Assembly: GCA_012474735.1 (NCBI GenBank)
Contig: GCA_012474735.1_4085.1
Origin: a phage
Direction: 5' to 3' (one strand)
DNA: 64,000 nt
Positions within the stretch are counted from its first letter, which is position 1; each line of letters opens with the position of its first letter. Made by a program: the position numbers and the translations under genes. Positions 9,331 to 17,434 of this stretch are shown here, piece after piece. The notes beneath the pieces are model-generated. The model did not search any database. It worked only from the letters and a program-made list of their open reading frames with translations, and was not told where the DNA came from.

Positions 9331-9695
9331 ACTAAATCTAAATCTTTTAATGCTTTGTTAACCATATTTTCAATGATAGAATCAATAGGATCATTTTCAA
9401 TCATGCAATAGTTATAATAGTCTTGCTCAATACTACTATCATATACCATTACTTTTTCTTTATCGACATCAACTACATAGCCATTGAGCTTAAGGAGATC
9501 GATTTTATCCTGTACGGTTAAACCTGGGCCACCTTTAGCAGTACTACTAACCGGAAGGATACTAGCCATTGCCTGGACTTGTTCGACGCTGTAACGCTCA
9601 TAAAGGCGGCATTCTTCCGGTGTTAACATAGCATCAGTACGCTTCATCGGTTTAATGATGCTTTCGATCTCATTCAGTACTTGATTAACGTTCAT
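9327..9695 (-). CDS. hypothetical protein (122 aa)
   Basis: ORF. Confidence 0.5.
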   Translation of the reverse strand: MNVNQVLNEIESIIKPMKRTDAMLTPEECRLYERYSVEQVQAMASILPVSSTAKGGPGLTVQDKIDLLKLNGYVVDVDKEKVMVYDSSIEQDYYNYCMIENDPIDSIIENMVNKALKDLDLV

Positions 9696-9746
9696 GGTAT
9701 AATCCCCAATATAAGCGGCCTAAATCGACCACTGACGATGATTTGA

Positions 9747-10016
9747 TCAATAGGTGTATGGTTGACGCTCAAACAATGATTGCACGTTGTACGCCCCGCT
9801 AATGGGCTTCGCTGGCAAATCAATTTTATATTGTTCACGGCGAAAGATAATAAAACGGCAATTGTTTTTAACATCAAAATTGATTGAACGTTCCAGGAGT
9901 TTTCCATCGTGCACAAATACAAGATAACCGCTTGGTACTTGTTTTGTAGAACTGGTTGCAACCATAGACCGACGAACATGTGTACCTGCATCGATTAAAG
10001 TACTGATATTTTTCAT
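9747..10016 (-). CDS. hypothetical protein (89 aa)
   Basis: ORF; SD GAGGA. Confidence 0.5.
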   Translation of the reverse strand: MKNISTLIDAGTHVRRSMVATSSTKQVPSGYLVFVHDGKLLERSINFDVKNNCRFIIFRREQYKIDLPAKPISGAYNVQSLFERQPYTY

Positions 10017-10096
10017 TTTACTATCCTCTTAAGTTGATTTAATTTCTTTCTCCTATGCAGACACTATATCAAAGTATCTGCATAAAGTAAAGCTAA

Positions 10097-10420
10097 TTAA
10101 AGATCTTTTTTGCGTTTAACATTCTGTACAGTACAATGCAACGGGATATTAAGATCATTGCACAAACGATAGAGGGAGGTTTCAACAGTATCAAGCCCGT
10201 CTACTGATTCCTTTAAGAGTGATACCGCCGTTTGTTGATATGCATCCTCATAGCCATAAGTAAATGATTCAACCGCCAGATCATTCAAGCCGTTATCCAG
10301 TTCAACGCTTACATGACAAGAATGATAAGTATTGCCATATGAATCAGTCCAACGTTTACCGTCAACATTGATTGCATGGATTGCAGCCAGGGAAACGGTG
10401 TTGATGATAGTTTTAGCCAT
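10097..10420 (-). CDS. hypothetical protein, paralog of 3839..4162
   Basis: shared motifs; promoter rc TTGACA-N17-CATAAT upstream. Confidence 0.6.
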   Translation of the reverse strand: MAKTIINTVSLAAIHAINVDGKRWTDSYGNTYHSCHVSVELDNGLNDLAVESFTYGYEDAYQQTAVSLLKESVDGLDTVETSLYRLCNDLNIPLHCTVQNVKRKKDL

Positions 10421-10511
10421 TTTAGTATTCCTTAAATTAATATGTGTCGTCTTGATAAAATCTATTATGCCAGTACTATCAAACTATGTCAATAGTACTG
10501 TGATAATATTT

Positions 10512-10724
10512 TTACTTACTTTCTTTCGCTGCTTTATATGTTGCCACTGCCATAACCACATCAGCACGAACAAAGTTTTTAACCGTGTCACTGTAATAAT
10601 TGATCGCATCATCTATATCTGCGAACGTCCGATACATACCGCACCAAGATACTTTATAACCTTCTTTCACTTCTGCCAGTTTAACGATAGTCTTGTTAAC
10701 TTTGATTTTAGTAATGATAGCCAT
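10512..10724 (-). CDS. hypothetical protein (70 aa)
   Basis: ORF; promoter unit 10742..10802. Confidence 0.55.
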   Translation of the reverse strand: MAIITKIKVNKTIVKLAEVKEGYKVSWCGMYRTFADIDDAINYYSDTVKNFVRADVVMAVATYKAAKESK

Positions 10725-10741
10725 TTTAGTTTCCTTGTAGT

Positions 10742-10802
10742 GGGGAGAATCATTTCTCCCCTTGATGTAATGTATTATACTTTATTCGATTTACTTTGCA
10801 AG
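10742..10802 (-). promoter_or_regulatory. sigma70-like early promoter plus leader hairpin
   Basis: rc CTTGCA 10797..10802, TATAAT 10774..10779; hairpin 10742..10761. Confidence 0.6.
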
Positions 10803-10810
10803 TACTTTTT

Positions 10811-11038
10811 TTAATTTAATTCATCCAGGCAAAGGATACGTTCCACACCAAGATCCGTTAAACTAATGGTCGGCACTTGATAGGTTTCAATGTATGCTAC
10901 ACTTGCCCACTGACCGAACTCATTAACGGCCCAGGTATTCATTGCATTTTGCAATTCCGCACCTGCCTTGTTCGTAATGACTGCAACTACTTGTTCGTTG
11001 CCAGTAGTACCAGATACGCGAGTAATGATAATAGCCAT
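10811..11038 (-). CDS. hypothetical protein (75 aa)
   Basis: track ORF trimmed to MAIIITRV start. Confidence 0.5.
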   Translation of the reverse strand: MAIIITRVSGTTGNEQVVAVITNKAGAELQNAMNTWAVNEFGQWASVAYIETYQVPTISLTDLGVERILCLDELN

Positions 11039-11057
11039 TGTTTTGATTCCTTTGATT

Positions 11058-11122
11058 TGGAAGGAGAACCGTTTCCCCCTCTCGATGTAAAACATTATAC
11101 GCTAATCTCTTAATCGTGCAAG
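11058..11122 (-). promoter_or_regulatory. sigma70-like early promoter plus leader hairpin
   Basis: rc CTTGCA 11117..11122, TATAAT 11094..11099. Confidence 0.6.
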
Positions 11123-11164
11123 TACTTTTTATTACTTTTTGCAAAATACTTTAAACGCCCTCAA

Positions 11165-11265
11165 TCGCATTCTAACGACCTTAACGCCACCAGCTAGGGC
11201 GATGTATCAGATAATCAGTTTAATGCGTTAGAATCGATTCTAGGCGGTGCTGGTGGACTGGAATA
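11165..11265. repeat. long imperfect inverted repeat
   Basis: arms CGCATTCTAACG...CCACCAGC and GCTGGTGG...CGTTAGAATCG around a 20-bp centre. Confidence 0.45.
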
Positions 11266-11281
11266 CTATAGACACAAAAAA

Positions 11282-11301
11282 GCCCACTGTTTAAGGTGGG
11301 C
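11282..11301 (-). terminator. intrinsic terminator
   Basis: GCCCAC-N8-GTGGGC followed by T6 on minus strand; after stop of 11324..11806. Confidence 0.65.
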
Positions 11302-11323
11302 TAGTGATTCAGTACTTTAATTG

Positions 11324-11806
11324 TTATGCTTCAACTTTGCGATGAGCTTCGATCCATTCCTCGCGAGTCATACCGCTTTCTTTGATAGCGTCCAGTACTA
11401 CCGCAATGCAGTTACCGCGTACAGGAATCATATGTTCTTCCCCGTTATCAAGTACTACAGTAACACGTTCTTGAATCCATTTTTTAGGTTTAGATTCTGG
11501 CTTATCTTCACCATACTTAACCGCCAGGGCTTTATGTGCCATTTCTACAACTACTTCCAGATCCAATCCAGCCACCGCCGCCTGGATACTTTCGATTGTT
11601 GCTTGCAGTTCGGCTTCACGGGCTTTTTTCTGTTCTTCCAGTTCTGCTACCTTTTTGGCTTGCAGTTCTTTAGCTTCACTGTACGCAATGTTAAAATTGT
11701 TGCGTACTGCTTTCATGGTATCGTTATCCAGGTCAGCCAACAATTCAGCAGCAATAACAGTATCGTTTGAAATCAGTGCTTTCAGGAATGATTTTACATT
11801 AGCCAT
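11324..11806 (-). CDS. hypothetical coiled-coil-rich protein (160 aa)
   Basis: ORF trimmed to MANVKSF start; SD GAGGA. Confidence 0.5.
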   Translation of the reverse strand: MANVKSFLKALISNDTVIAAELLADLDNDTMKAVRNNFNIAYSEAKELQAKKVAELEEQKKAREAELQATIESIQAAVAGLDLEVVVEMAHKALAVKYGEDKPESKPKKWIQERVTVVLDNGEEHMIPVRGNCIAVVLDAIKESGMTREEWIEAHRKVEA

Positions 11807-11859
11807 TTTATAAATCCTCAATTAAAGTTTAGTTTACGTTTATTAGTGTATCAAAGTTT

Positions 11860-11975
11860 TATCGACGTGTCCAGTTTTTCGTTCGACTTACTGGCGGTCT
11901 ACTTAGTGCTCCCCGTCTTGATGTAATACATTCTACGCTTTTCTGCGGTAATGTCAACTACTTTTTTTAAAACTA
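11860..11975 (-). promoter_or_regulatory. diverged copy of structured leader plus promoter
   Basis: rc TTGACA-N17-TAGAAT; leader shares ACGAAAAACU loop hairpin with 4590..4660. Confidence 0.4.
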
Positions 11976-12009
11976 TTTTCAAAGTATGCAGTACTACAAA
12001 AACAAAAAA

Positions 12010-12029
12010 GCCCACTGTTTAAGGTGGGC
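12010..12029 (-). terminator. intrinsic terminator
   Basis: same GCCCACTGTTTAAGGTGGGC hairpin plus T-run. Confidence 0.65.
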
Positions 12030-12047
12030 TAGTGATTCAGTACTAGA

Positions 12048-12347
12048 TTATAAACAGTTAATTACTCCGGTGTGCGTTACTTTCTCAGTATCCATTACAG
12101 TGACCGAACCGCGTTTAGTACTTACATCGTAATAAATTGTCGTGCTACCTTTTTCGTCTTCTTCATGGAACGGGCCGCTTTTAAATGCTTCTGGCTGGAT
12201 CTCTAAATCCTTTAAAACAATCTCGCCAGTACTTTCATCTGTCATCGCAACAGTACACTGAATGAATTTTTCACTAGGTACATCTAACGACGCGTTAACA
12301 GCGAAAGAGGAAACAGATAAAGCCAGGGCGATGATTGCAATTTTCAT
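12048..12347 (-). CDS. secreted/periplasmic hypothetical protein
   Basis: N-terminal signal-peptide-like MKIAIIALALSVSSFAVNA. Confidence 0.55.
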   Translation of the reverse strand: MKIAIIALALSVSSFAVNASLDVPSEKFIQCTVAMTDESTGEIVLKDLEIQPEAFKSGPFHEEDEKGSTTIYYDVSTKRGSVTVMDTEKVTHTGVINCL

Positions 12348-12367
12348 TTGATTATCCTTAGTTACCA

Positions 12368-12427
12368 GGGGGGAACCGCTCCCCCTTGCGATGTAAAATA
12401 TTATACAGTACTAAAAACTATTATCAA
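12368..12427 (-). promoter_or_regulatory. early promoter plus leader hairpin
   Basis: rc TTGATA-N16-TATAAT; hairpin GGGGG-AACCGC-TCCCCC. Confidence 0.5.
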
Positions 12428-12432
12428 GTACT

Positions 12433-12669
12433 TTATGATTTTTTATAAAACATTTCAGCAGTGATATTTTTACCCGTTGGCTGTACTTTATCCAGAATTT
12501 TTTGATGTCCTGGCCGTCCAAATGAATATGATCCGTAAACAGTAAACCAGTAGTTACCCTCAGTGTTTACATGTACAGCACAATAGGGAACGCCCCGCGA
12601 TTCATCACTAGTAAAGTGTGCTACCGTTCCCGTTACATTCGAAGACGTTGATTTGATTTGTTCGACCAT
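12433..12669 (-). CDS. hypothetical protein (78 aa)
   Basis: ORF; promoter unit 12691..12745. Confidence 0.55.
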   Translation of the reverse strand: MVEQIKSTSSNVTGTVAHFTSDESRGVPYCAVHVNTEGNYWFTVYGSYSFGRPGHQKILDKVQPTGKNITAEMFYKKS

Positions 12670-12690
12670 TTTCTTATTCCTTAGTTACCA

Positions 12691-12745
12691 GGGGAACCGC
12701 TCCCCCTATGCAAAACATTATACGCGTTTAAAAACTAATTGCAAG
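12691..12745 (-). promoter_or_regulatory. sigma70-like early promoter plus leader hairpin
   Basis: rc CTTGCA 12740..12745, TATAAT 12717..12722. Confidence 0.6.
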
Positions 12746-12781
12746 TATTTTAATAAAAAGTATTTGAAAAATAGTTGTTGA

Positions 12782-12810
12782 CAAGTGCATCCAGTACTGG
12801 CATAATTACT
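12782..12810 (+). promoter_or_regulatory. plus-strand promoter-like element
   Basis: TTGACA-N17-CATAAT, spacer contains CCAGTACTGG; followed at about +25 by CCCACAGGGTGCA motif. Confidence 0.4.
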
Positions 12811-12888
12811 ACATAAAGACGATACAGTCACTAACCCACAGGGTGCATAGATCCGTCTATTAAATGATTCAGTACTGAAAAAGTAACG

Positions 12889-12909
12889 GGGAGTTATTAT
12901 CTCCCCGCG
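12889..12909 (-). terminator. terminator hairpin
   Basis: CGGGGAG-N7-CTCCCCG with T-rich flank, after stop of 12913..13134. Confidence 0.5.
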
Positions 12910-12912
12910 TTG

Positions 12913-13134
12913 TTATTTGGTAAGGTATAAACAGAAGTCACCTTTATTTGCTACGCCGCCAGTGTAACGCGATGAATAGTTAGAAATATCTTGTACTTCT
13001 GCTATTACCAGTGTATCATCATTCATTTCGTCGCAGAAGCAAACGGCTGGATCTTTTACGCCGATATTGTCGGCATGTTCCCGCATAGATTTAACCAGTG
13101 CTTCCAGTTGAGAAAGAGTAGTGATATTAGCCAT
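12913..13134 (-). CDS. hypothetical protein (73 aa)
   Basis: trimmed to MANITTLS start. Confidence 0.5.
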   Translation of the reverse strand: MANITTLSQLEALVKSMREHADNIGVKDPAVCFCDEMNDDTLVIAEVQDISNYSSRYTGGVANKGDFCLYLTK

Positions 13135-13153
13135 TGTATTTTCCTCATTACCA

Positions 13154-13213
13154 GGGAGAACCATTTCTCCCCTCTATGTAAACTATTATACAGTACTGAA
13201 AACTAATTGCAAG
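13154..13213 (-). promoter_or_regulatory. sigma70-like early promoter plus leader hairpin
   Basis: rc TTGCAA 13207..13212, TATAAT 13185..13190. Confidence 0.6.
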
Positions 13214-13219
13214 TACTTT

Positions 13220-13408
13220 TTAATTAAATTCCATAAAATCATTCTCAACGTGCACTACAATCTGATTATTTTTAAAGTCCGCAGCGAACTCAATGCAATC
13301 ATATACTGCTTTTTCTGTTACCATGCTATGAGTACCAATCGGATTAATAGGGGATTGAATTGTTTCAATCTCGTTACCTTGTTCATTAACAATTAAAATA
13401 TTAAACAT
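13220..13408 (-). CDS. hypothetical protein (62 aa)
   Basis: ORF. Confidence 0.5.
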   Translation of the reverse strand: MFNILIVNEQGNEIETIQSPINPIGTHSMVTEKAVYDCIEFAADFKNNQIVVHVENDFMEFN

Positions 13409-13456
13409 CGCTGTTACTCCTGATAGTGTTTACCTGATATAAAGTATTATACGCCT

Positions 13457-13705
13457 TTATTGCTTAGTGTCCAGTACTTTTAAAACATAATCAAAGACAC
13501 CACGCACATCATTGATCATCGCCTGGCGGTTAGCAGGTAACGCATCAGGATCGCCACTATCCCAGGCATTGATAAAACTCCCCAAATCATGATAGATTTT
13601 ATTCTGTAAGCCGATTAACTGTAATTCTTTTTCTTCAAGCTCTTTGATGCGGTCGATTAAATCACTCATTAGATAATCCTCAGTACTTAACTGTAAGATC
13701 CGCAA
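13457..13705 (-). CDS. hypothetical protein (82 aa)
   Basis: ORF; overlaps upstream gene end. Confidence 0.5.
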   Translation of the reverse strand: MRILQLSTEDYLMSDLIDRIKELEEKELQLIGLQNKIYHDLGSFINAWDSGDPDALPANRQAMINDVRGVFDYVLKVLDTKQ

Positions 13706-13971
13706 CGGTCGCAGTAGTGCCCGTCATCGTCATCGTCAACGAATTGACCGACGAAATGATCTACTTTCGCTTTCAGGTTATTATAATCGTTTTCTACTTC
13801 CTTTAAACGCTTCTGGTAGTATTCCAGGGCTTGTAAATACGCCGCCTCAGCAGTTTTCTCCCGCATAGCTAAATTCATTCCACGCGATTCATCATACAGC
13901 CAAAAACCATCGGTGCACTGGCTAATAGATAATGACTTGCTTAGTACTGTATAGTTAATTACTTTACCCAT
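13687..13971 (-). CDS. hypothetical protein (94 aa)
   Basis: ORF; promoter unit 13990..14050. Confidence 0.55.
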   Translation of the reverse strand: MGKVINYTVLSKSLSISQCTDGFWLYDESRGMNLAMREKTAEAAYLQALEYYQKRLKEVENDYNNLKAKVDHFVGQFVDDDDDGHYCDRCGSYS

Positions 13972-13989
13972 TAGATAATCCTCAGTAAA

Positions 13990-14050
13990 GGCGGGAACTA
14001 TTCCCCGCCTCGATATAAAGTATTATACGTTAATCTAACTACAATGCAAG
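13990..14050 (-). promoter_or_regulatory. sigma70-like early promoter plus leader hairpin
   Basis: rc CTTGCA 14045..14050, TATAAT 14022..14027; hairpin GGCGGGAA-N4-TCCCCGCC. Confidence 0.6.
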
Positions 14051-14063
14051 TACTTTTTAAATT

Positions 14064-14330
14064 TTATAATCCTTTTACTGCATCAGGTGCGACTACTCCA
14101 TCAATGTATTGAACATCGTTTTCAACTTCACGGGCGGCATCATTCAGCAGATCAAAATTAAATTCCATTTCTTCCAGATCATCGAAATCAGGCTCATAAC
14201 CATTAATTGTTGAATAAGTCCAAGTACCTTTTTCATAAGTTACGACACTTACATCAGGGAAGAAATCTTGCACATGATCCATCGCATCCCGAACCAATTG
14301 ATGTGCAGTTGTGATATTTAAAGTTTTCAT
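14064..14330 (-). CDS. hypothetical acidic protein (88 aa)
   Basis: ORF; promoter unit 14351..14411. Confidence 0.55.
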   Translation of the reverse strand: MKTLNITTAHQLVRDAMDHVQDFFPDVSVVTYEKGTWTYSTINGYEPDFDDLEEMEFNFDLLNDAAREVENDVQYIDGVVAPDAVKGL

Positions 14331-14350
14331 TTTGTTGCCCTTTTAGTGTG

Positions 14351-14411
14351 AGCGGGGAACCACTCCCCGCCTCGATGTAAAGTATTATACGCTTTTAAAC
14401 TTAGTTTGCAA
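14351..14411 (-). promoter_or_regulatory. sigma70-like early promoter plus leader hairpin
   Basis: rc CTTGCA 14406..14411, TATAAT 14383..14388; hairpin GCGGGGAA-N3-CTCCCCGC. Confidence 0.6.
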
Positions 14412-14423
14412 GTACTTTTTAAA

Positions 14424-15035
14424 TTAATATGCGATTGATTCTACTACGCCATCAATAACATTGAATTGATATTCGTTACCCTCAATCAGTGCCGTAATGT
14501 TTTCAGTAGTGAATTGATCCTCATATGCATTCTCTAAATCACGGTACAACTTGCGGGATAATTCACGAATAGTTTCAGTGAGTAGTTCCTCAAGCTCATT
14601 AACTAACGTTTCTTGTTTTGCGGTTAAATCAGTGTAAGCCGATTCAATGTACCCGCTTACAGTATTCTCATGCGAGTAGTGGGAGTGAGAACGCTTTACA
14701 CTCATCGCCAAATCATCTTCATTCAGCAAGTGACGGATTGAGCGATACTTAGTTAATGCTCTTACCTTGCGTAAAAACTTCACTGCGTCAACGTGGTCAG
14801 TACTGATTGATGCACCGTCACCCTGGGACCAAAAACCACTGAATTGTATTTCAGCGTCATTAATGCCATATTCCGGTAGTACTGTTTCTTTATAGTATTC
14901 AATTTCACTTTCAGAAAAATAATTGTCGTTTGAGTTTTTTTCACGTTCCCGAACCAGTTCGATAGCCGCCGCTTGTTGTTCTGCGTTCAGTTCAGAAAAA
15001 GCCATAACGAAAGTAGTAGTAGTGATAGTTTTCAT
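14424..15035 (-). CDS. hypothetical protein (203 aa)
   Basis: ORF behind tandem promoter/leader module. Confidence 0.55.
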   Translation of the reverse strand: MKTITTTTFVMAFSELNAEQQAAAIELVREREKNSNDNYFSESEIEYYKETVLPEYGINDAEIQFSGFWSQGDGASISTDHVDAVKFLRKVRALTKYRSIRHLLNEDDLAMSVKRSHSHYSHENTVSGYIESAYTDLTAKQETLVNELEELLTETIRELSRKLYRDLENAYEDQFTTENITALIEGNEYQFNVIDGVVESIAY

Positions 15036-15067
15036 TTTGTAACCCTCATTCAGTAGTTTATGTAAGT

Positions 15068-15214
15068 ATTATACGCTTTTAAAAACATTTGTCAAACTAT
15101 TTTATCAGGGGAGTTTTTCGTGTGCCTTACTCCTGGGCTACTTAACGGGGAGTTACTTATTTCGTTCCCCGTCCTGATGTAAAACATTATACGCCTTTAA
15201 ACATAGTTTGCAAG
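15068..15214 (-). promoter_or_regulatory. tandem promoters flanking structured leader (copy 2)
   Basis: near-identical to 4555..4699; P-a 15068..15095, leader 15103..15173, P-b 15186..15214. Confidence 0.55.
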
Positions 15215-15257
15215 TACTTTTTAAAAATAGTTTTCAGTACTGAATAGTAAAAAGGTA

Positions 15258-15286
15258 TTGACAGCACTATCCAGTACTGGCATAAT
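15258..15286 (+). promoter_or_regulatory. plus-strand promoter-like element
   Basis: TTGACA-N17-CATAAT; convergent with minus promoter 15392..15420. Confidence 0.4.
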
Positions 15287-15391
15287 ATACCCCATGACAA
15301 CAGCTAACCCACCGGGTGCACAATTGTAACTGTACTAAACTAATTTTTCTATAGATACACTTCCGCACCCTATGGGCCACGGCTTATCTGC

Positions 15392-15420
15392 CAATGAATA
15401 CATTATGCCAGTACTGACAT
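15392..15420 (-). promoter_or_regulatory. minus-strand promoter-like element
   Basis: rc TTGACT-N17-CATAAT; mirror of 15258..15286. Confidence 0.4.
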
Positions 15421-15460
15421 TTTAAGTCAATACCGGCAATTGTAAATATTTGTAAACTAC

Positions 15461-15691
15461 TTATACTGCAATCGCGTCCAGGCTATAATAATAATAAGTG
15501 CCGTATTGGTGTACTTTATTACCTTTTATTTCAGTACTGAATGAATCCGAACGGTTTGCATATGATGTTAATTTAAAGTACTTTGATTTGCTGATACGTT
15601 GCCATACACCACAGATCCGCTGTAAGTAAGTAGTTTTATTCGTGGTAGTATCTTTTACGGTTTTAACTTCAGTCATATACATATTAGTCAT
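15461..15691 (-). CDS. hypothetical protein (76 aa)
   Basis: ORF; promoter unit 15713..15772. Confidence 0.5.
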   Translation of the reverse strand: MTNMYMTEVKTVKDTTTNKTTYLQRICGVWQRISKSKYFKLTSYANRSDSFSTEIKGNKVHQYGTYYYYSLDAIAV

Positions 15692-15712
15692 TTTTATTAC
15701 TCCAGGTTATAG

Positions 15713-15772
15713 GCGGGAAGAGTTCCCGCTCTCGATGTAAAACATTATACGCCTTTAAACATAGTTTGCAAG
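15713..15772 (-). promoter_or_regulatory. sigma70-like early promoter plus leader hairpin
   Basis: rc CTTGCA 15767..15772, TATAAT 15744..15749; hairpin GCGGGAA-GAG-TTCCCGC. Confidence 0.6.
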
Positions 15773-15778
15773 TACTTT

Positions 15779-16044
15779 TTATTCAAGTACTGCAATCTTT
15801 TTAGTACGGTACACGGTCACGCGGTTGCCCTTTCGGTCGAGCTTTATTTCTACCACTCGACGCGATACACTATCGGGACTTTTTAAGGCCGCTAACCAGT
15901 ACTGTAATGATCTGGCGGTACTACGCTTTACAATGGCCCAACGTTTACCACGTTCCGATTGTACGCCCATATCTTTAAACGTTGCCCCGTCCTGGCGTGC
16001 GGCGATCCGAGCTTGTTCACGCGTCGCAAAATACTTAATATTCA
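15779..16044 (-). CDS. hypothetical protein, paralog of 3348..3743
   Basis: trimmed to MNIKYFATRE start; shared motifs. Confidence 0.6.
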
Positions 16045-16133
16045 TGCTGTTGCCCTTATCGTTGGTGTATGAATAAAACACTATTATAAAGTACTATCCC
16101 CGTGCAATAGTACTTTAAATAAATTCTATTCTA

Positions 16134-16373
16134 TTACATTCCAACCATTGCCGCACGGATCGCAGTAGTGCTATATTTGAATCCGTCCGGTGTTTTATCT
16201 TGTCCAGTCTGTTCTAAAAATAACATCATATGACGGGCCGCATCATTGCGATTAGTGCTATCGTTAATAAAGTCCTGGGCCAACCGGTATAATGATTCAT
16301 CGTTATTAATCCAAAGGCTTACATTCCAATGAGTTTTGTTTTTGTGACCTAAGAACATTTTTGATTTAGCCAT
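16134..16373 (-). CDS. hypothetical protein (79 aa)
   Basis: ORF; promoter unit 16394..16452. Confidence 0.55.
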   Translation of the reverse strand: MAKSKMFLGHKNKTHWNVSLWINNDESLYRLAQDFINDSTNRNDAARHMMLFLEQTGQDKTPDGFKYSTTAIRAAMVGM

Positions 16374-16393
16374 TTTTTAATCCTCTTATATAG

Positions 16394-16452
16394 TGGGGAA
16401 CTATTCCCCACCTGATAGAAAGTATTATACTTGTTTTAACTTAGTATGCAAG
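16394..16452 (-). promoter_or_regulatory. sigma70-like early promoter plus leader hairpin
   Basis: rc CTTGCA 16447..16452, TATAAT 16424..16429; hairpin GTGGGGAA-N3-TTCCCCAC. Confidence 0.6.
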
Positions 16453-16465
16453 TACTTTATTAAAC

Positions 16466-16828
16466 TTATTTGTAAATTTTGCCACTGTCAGCCCATACCA
16501 GGAAACGATGCATATTATCCCATGCATCTTGTTTTAAATTTAAACCGTGCAATTCCTCAGTAGTTGCCATCCCTGGTACTGGCTTACTACACACCGCGAA
16601 ATTTTCGCCCATGTACTGATAAACCATCGTTAAATCATTTGAGATCATTATATGGATCATTGAATCAAGCATCAAAGTAGCGGCGTATTGTTCACGCTTA
16701 AGCGGCAACATTGCAATAAGTTCCCGATAAGCTGCAATGTGAATTTTTACAGTTTCAGCCGGAAGACCTTTCATCTCTTCGCGGAAGTTTACCAGGTTAA
16801 GCATGATTTTAGTGATTTGAGTCGCCAT
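16466..16828 (-). CDS. hypothetical protein (120 aa)
   Basis: trimmed to MATQITKIM start. Confidence 0.5.
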   Translation of the reverse strand: MATQITKIMLNLVNFREEMKGLPAETVKIHIAAYRELIAMLPLKREQYAATLMLDSMIHIMISNDLTMVYQYMGENFAVCSKPVPGMATTEELHGLNLKQDAWDNMHRFLVWADSGKIYK

Positions 16829-16852
16829 CGTTTTAATCTCTCTTAATGTGTA

Positions 16853-16912
16853 GCGGGAAGTGTTCCCGCTCTCGATGTAAAACATTATACGCTTTTATCA
16901 GTACGGTGCAAG
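16853..16912 (-). promoter_or_regulatory. sigma70-like early promoter plus leader hairpin
   Basis: rc CTTGCA 16907..16912, TATAAT 16884..16889; hairpin GCGGGAA-GTG-TTCCCGC. Confidence 0.6.
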
Positions 16913-17191
16913 TACTTTCTACAAATACTTTTAAAATAGTTTTCTTTCTATATAGGGGAACTATTATTCAGTACTGCAACCATCCAGGGGAACTATCTTT
17001 CTATATAGGAGTACTATTATTCAGTACTGAATCAATCAACCAAATCACTACTACACCCCGTAAAACGGCCTCAGACGCATTCTAACGCATTAATACACCC
17101 AAGCTATACATTTGCACCATTCCAATCATTCCAGGGCTTTACAGGCCGTTTAAACGCGTTAAATTATTTTCAATTATTTTGTTTTTAGCTA

Positions 17192-17219
17192 TTGACTCAG
17201 TACTAAAAAAGCGTATAAT
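17192..17219 (+). promoter_or_regulatory. plus-strand promoter-like element
   Basis: TTGACT-N16-TATAAT followed by TACTACATAGACG...GATCCGTC, similar to region after 12810. Confidence 0.4.
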
Positions 17220-17406
17220 TACTACATAGACGCGAGAAAGCGGATACCCCAGGGGGTGGGAAGATCCGTCCAAAATTCAAGATATAAAAAAAGGATACAC
17301 TCCCGCACCCTAGCAGGTTAACGCACTTTCTCAGTACTGAATTATAGTACCATAGTCCGGCCCAGGATGGCAAGCAAATTAATTAAAACTTTTTTCATCC
17401 AGGGTA

Positions 17407-17434
17407 TTGCTTTATTTTTCCAGTACTGTATAAT
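17407..17434 (+). promoter_or_regulatory. plus-strand promoter-like element
   Basis: TTGCTT-N16-TATAAT followed by CCCACCGGGTGCA motif. Confidence 0.35.

Noticed and set aside
9692-9991. ORF 9692..9991
   Set aside because: Overlaps 9747..10016 in another frame; the latter has an SD sequence and fits the gene spacing
10923-11144. ORF 10923..11144
   Set aside because: Overlaps 10811..11038 and runs through the promoter/hairpin unit
1389-16885. N-terminal extensions MFYIERGK / MFYIESGN on several track ORFs
   Set aside because: They are translations of the promoter -10 region and leader hairpin (rc GTATAATGTTTTACATC...); true starts lie downstream at ATGs with SD sequences
552-17085. Plus-strand ORFs in the early block (for example 552..1019, 5473..5883, 10332..10814, 11321..11770)
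   Set aside because: They overlap antisense to better-supported minus-strand genes that have promoters and SD sequences, and they lack signals of their own
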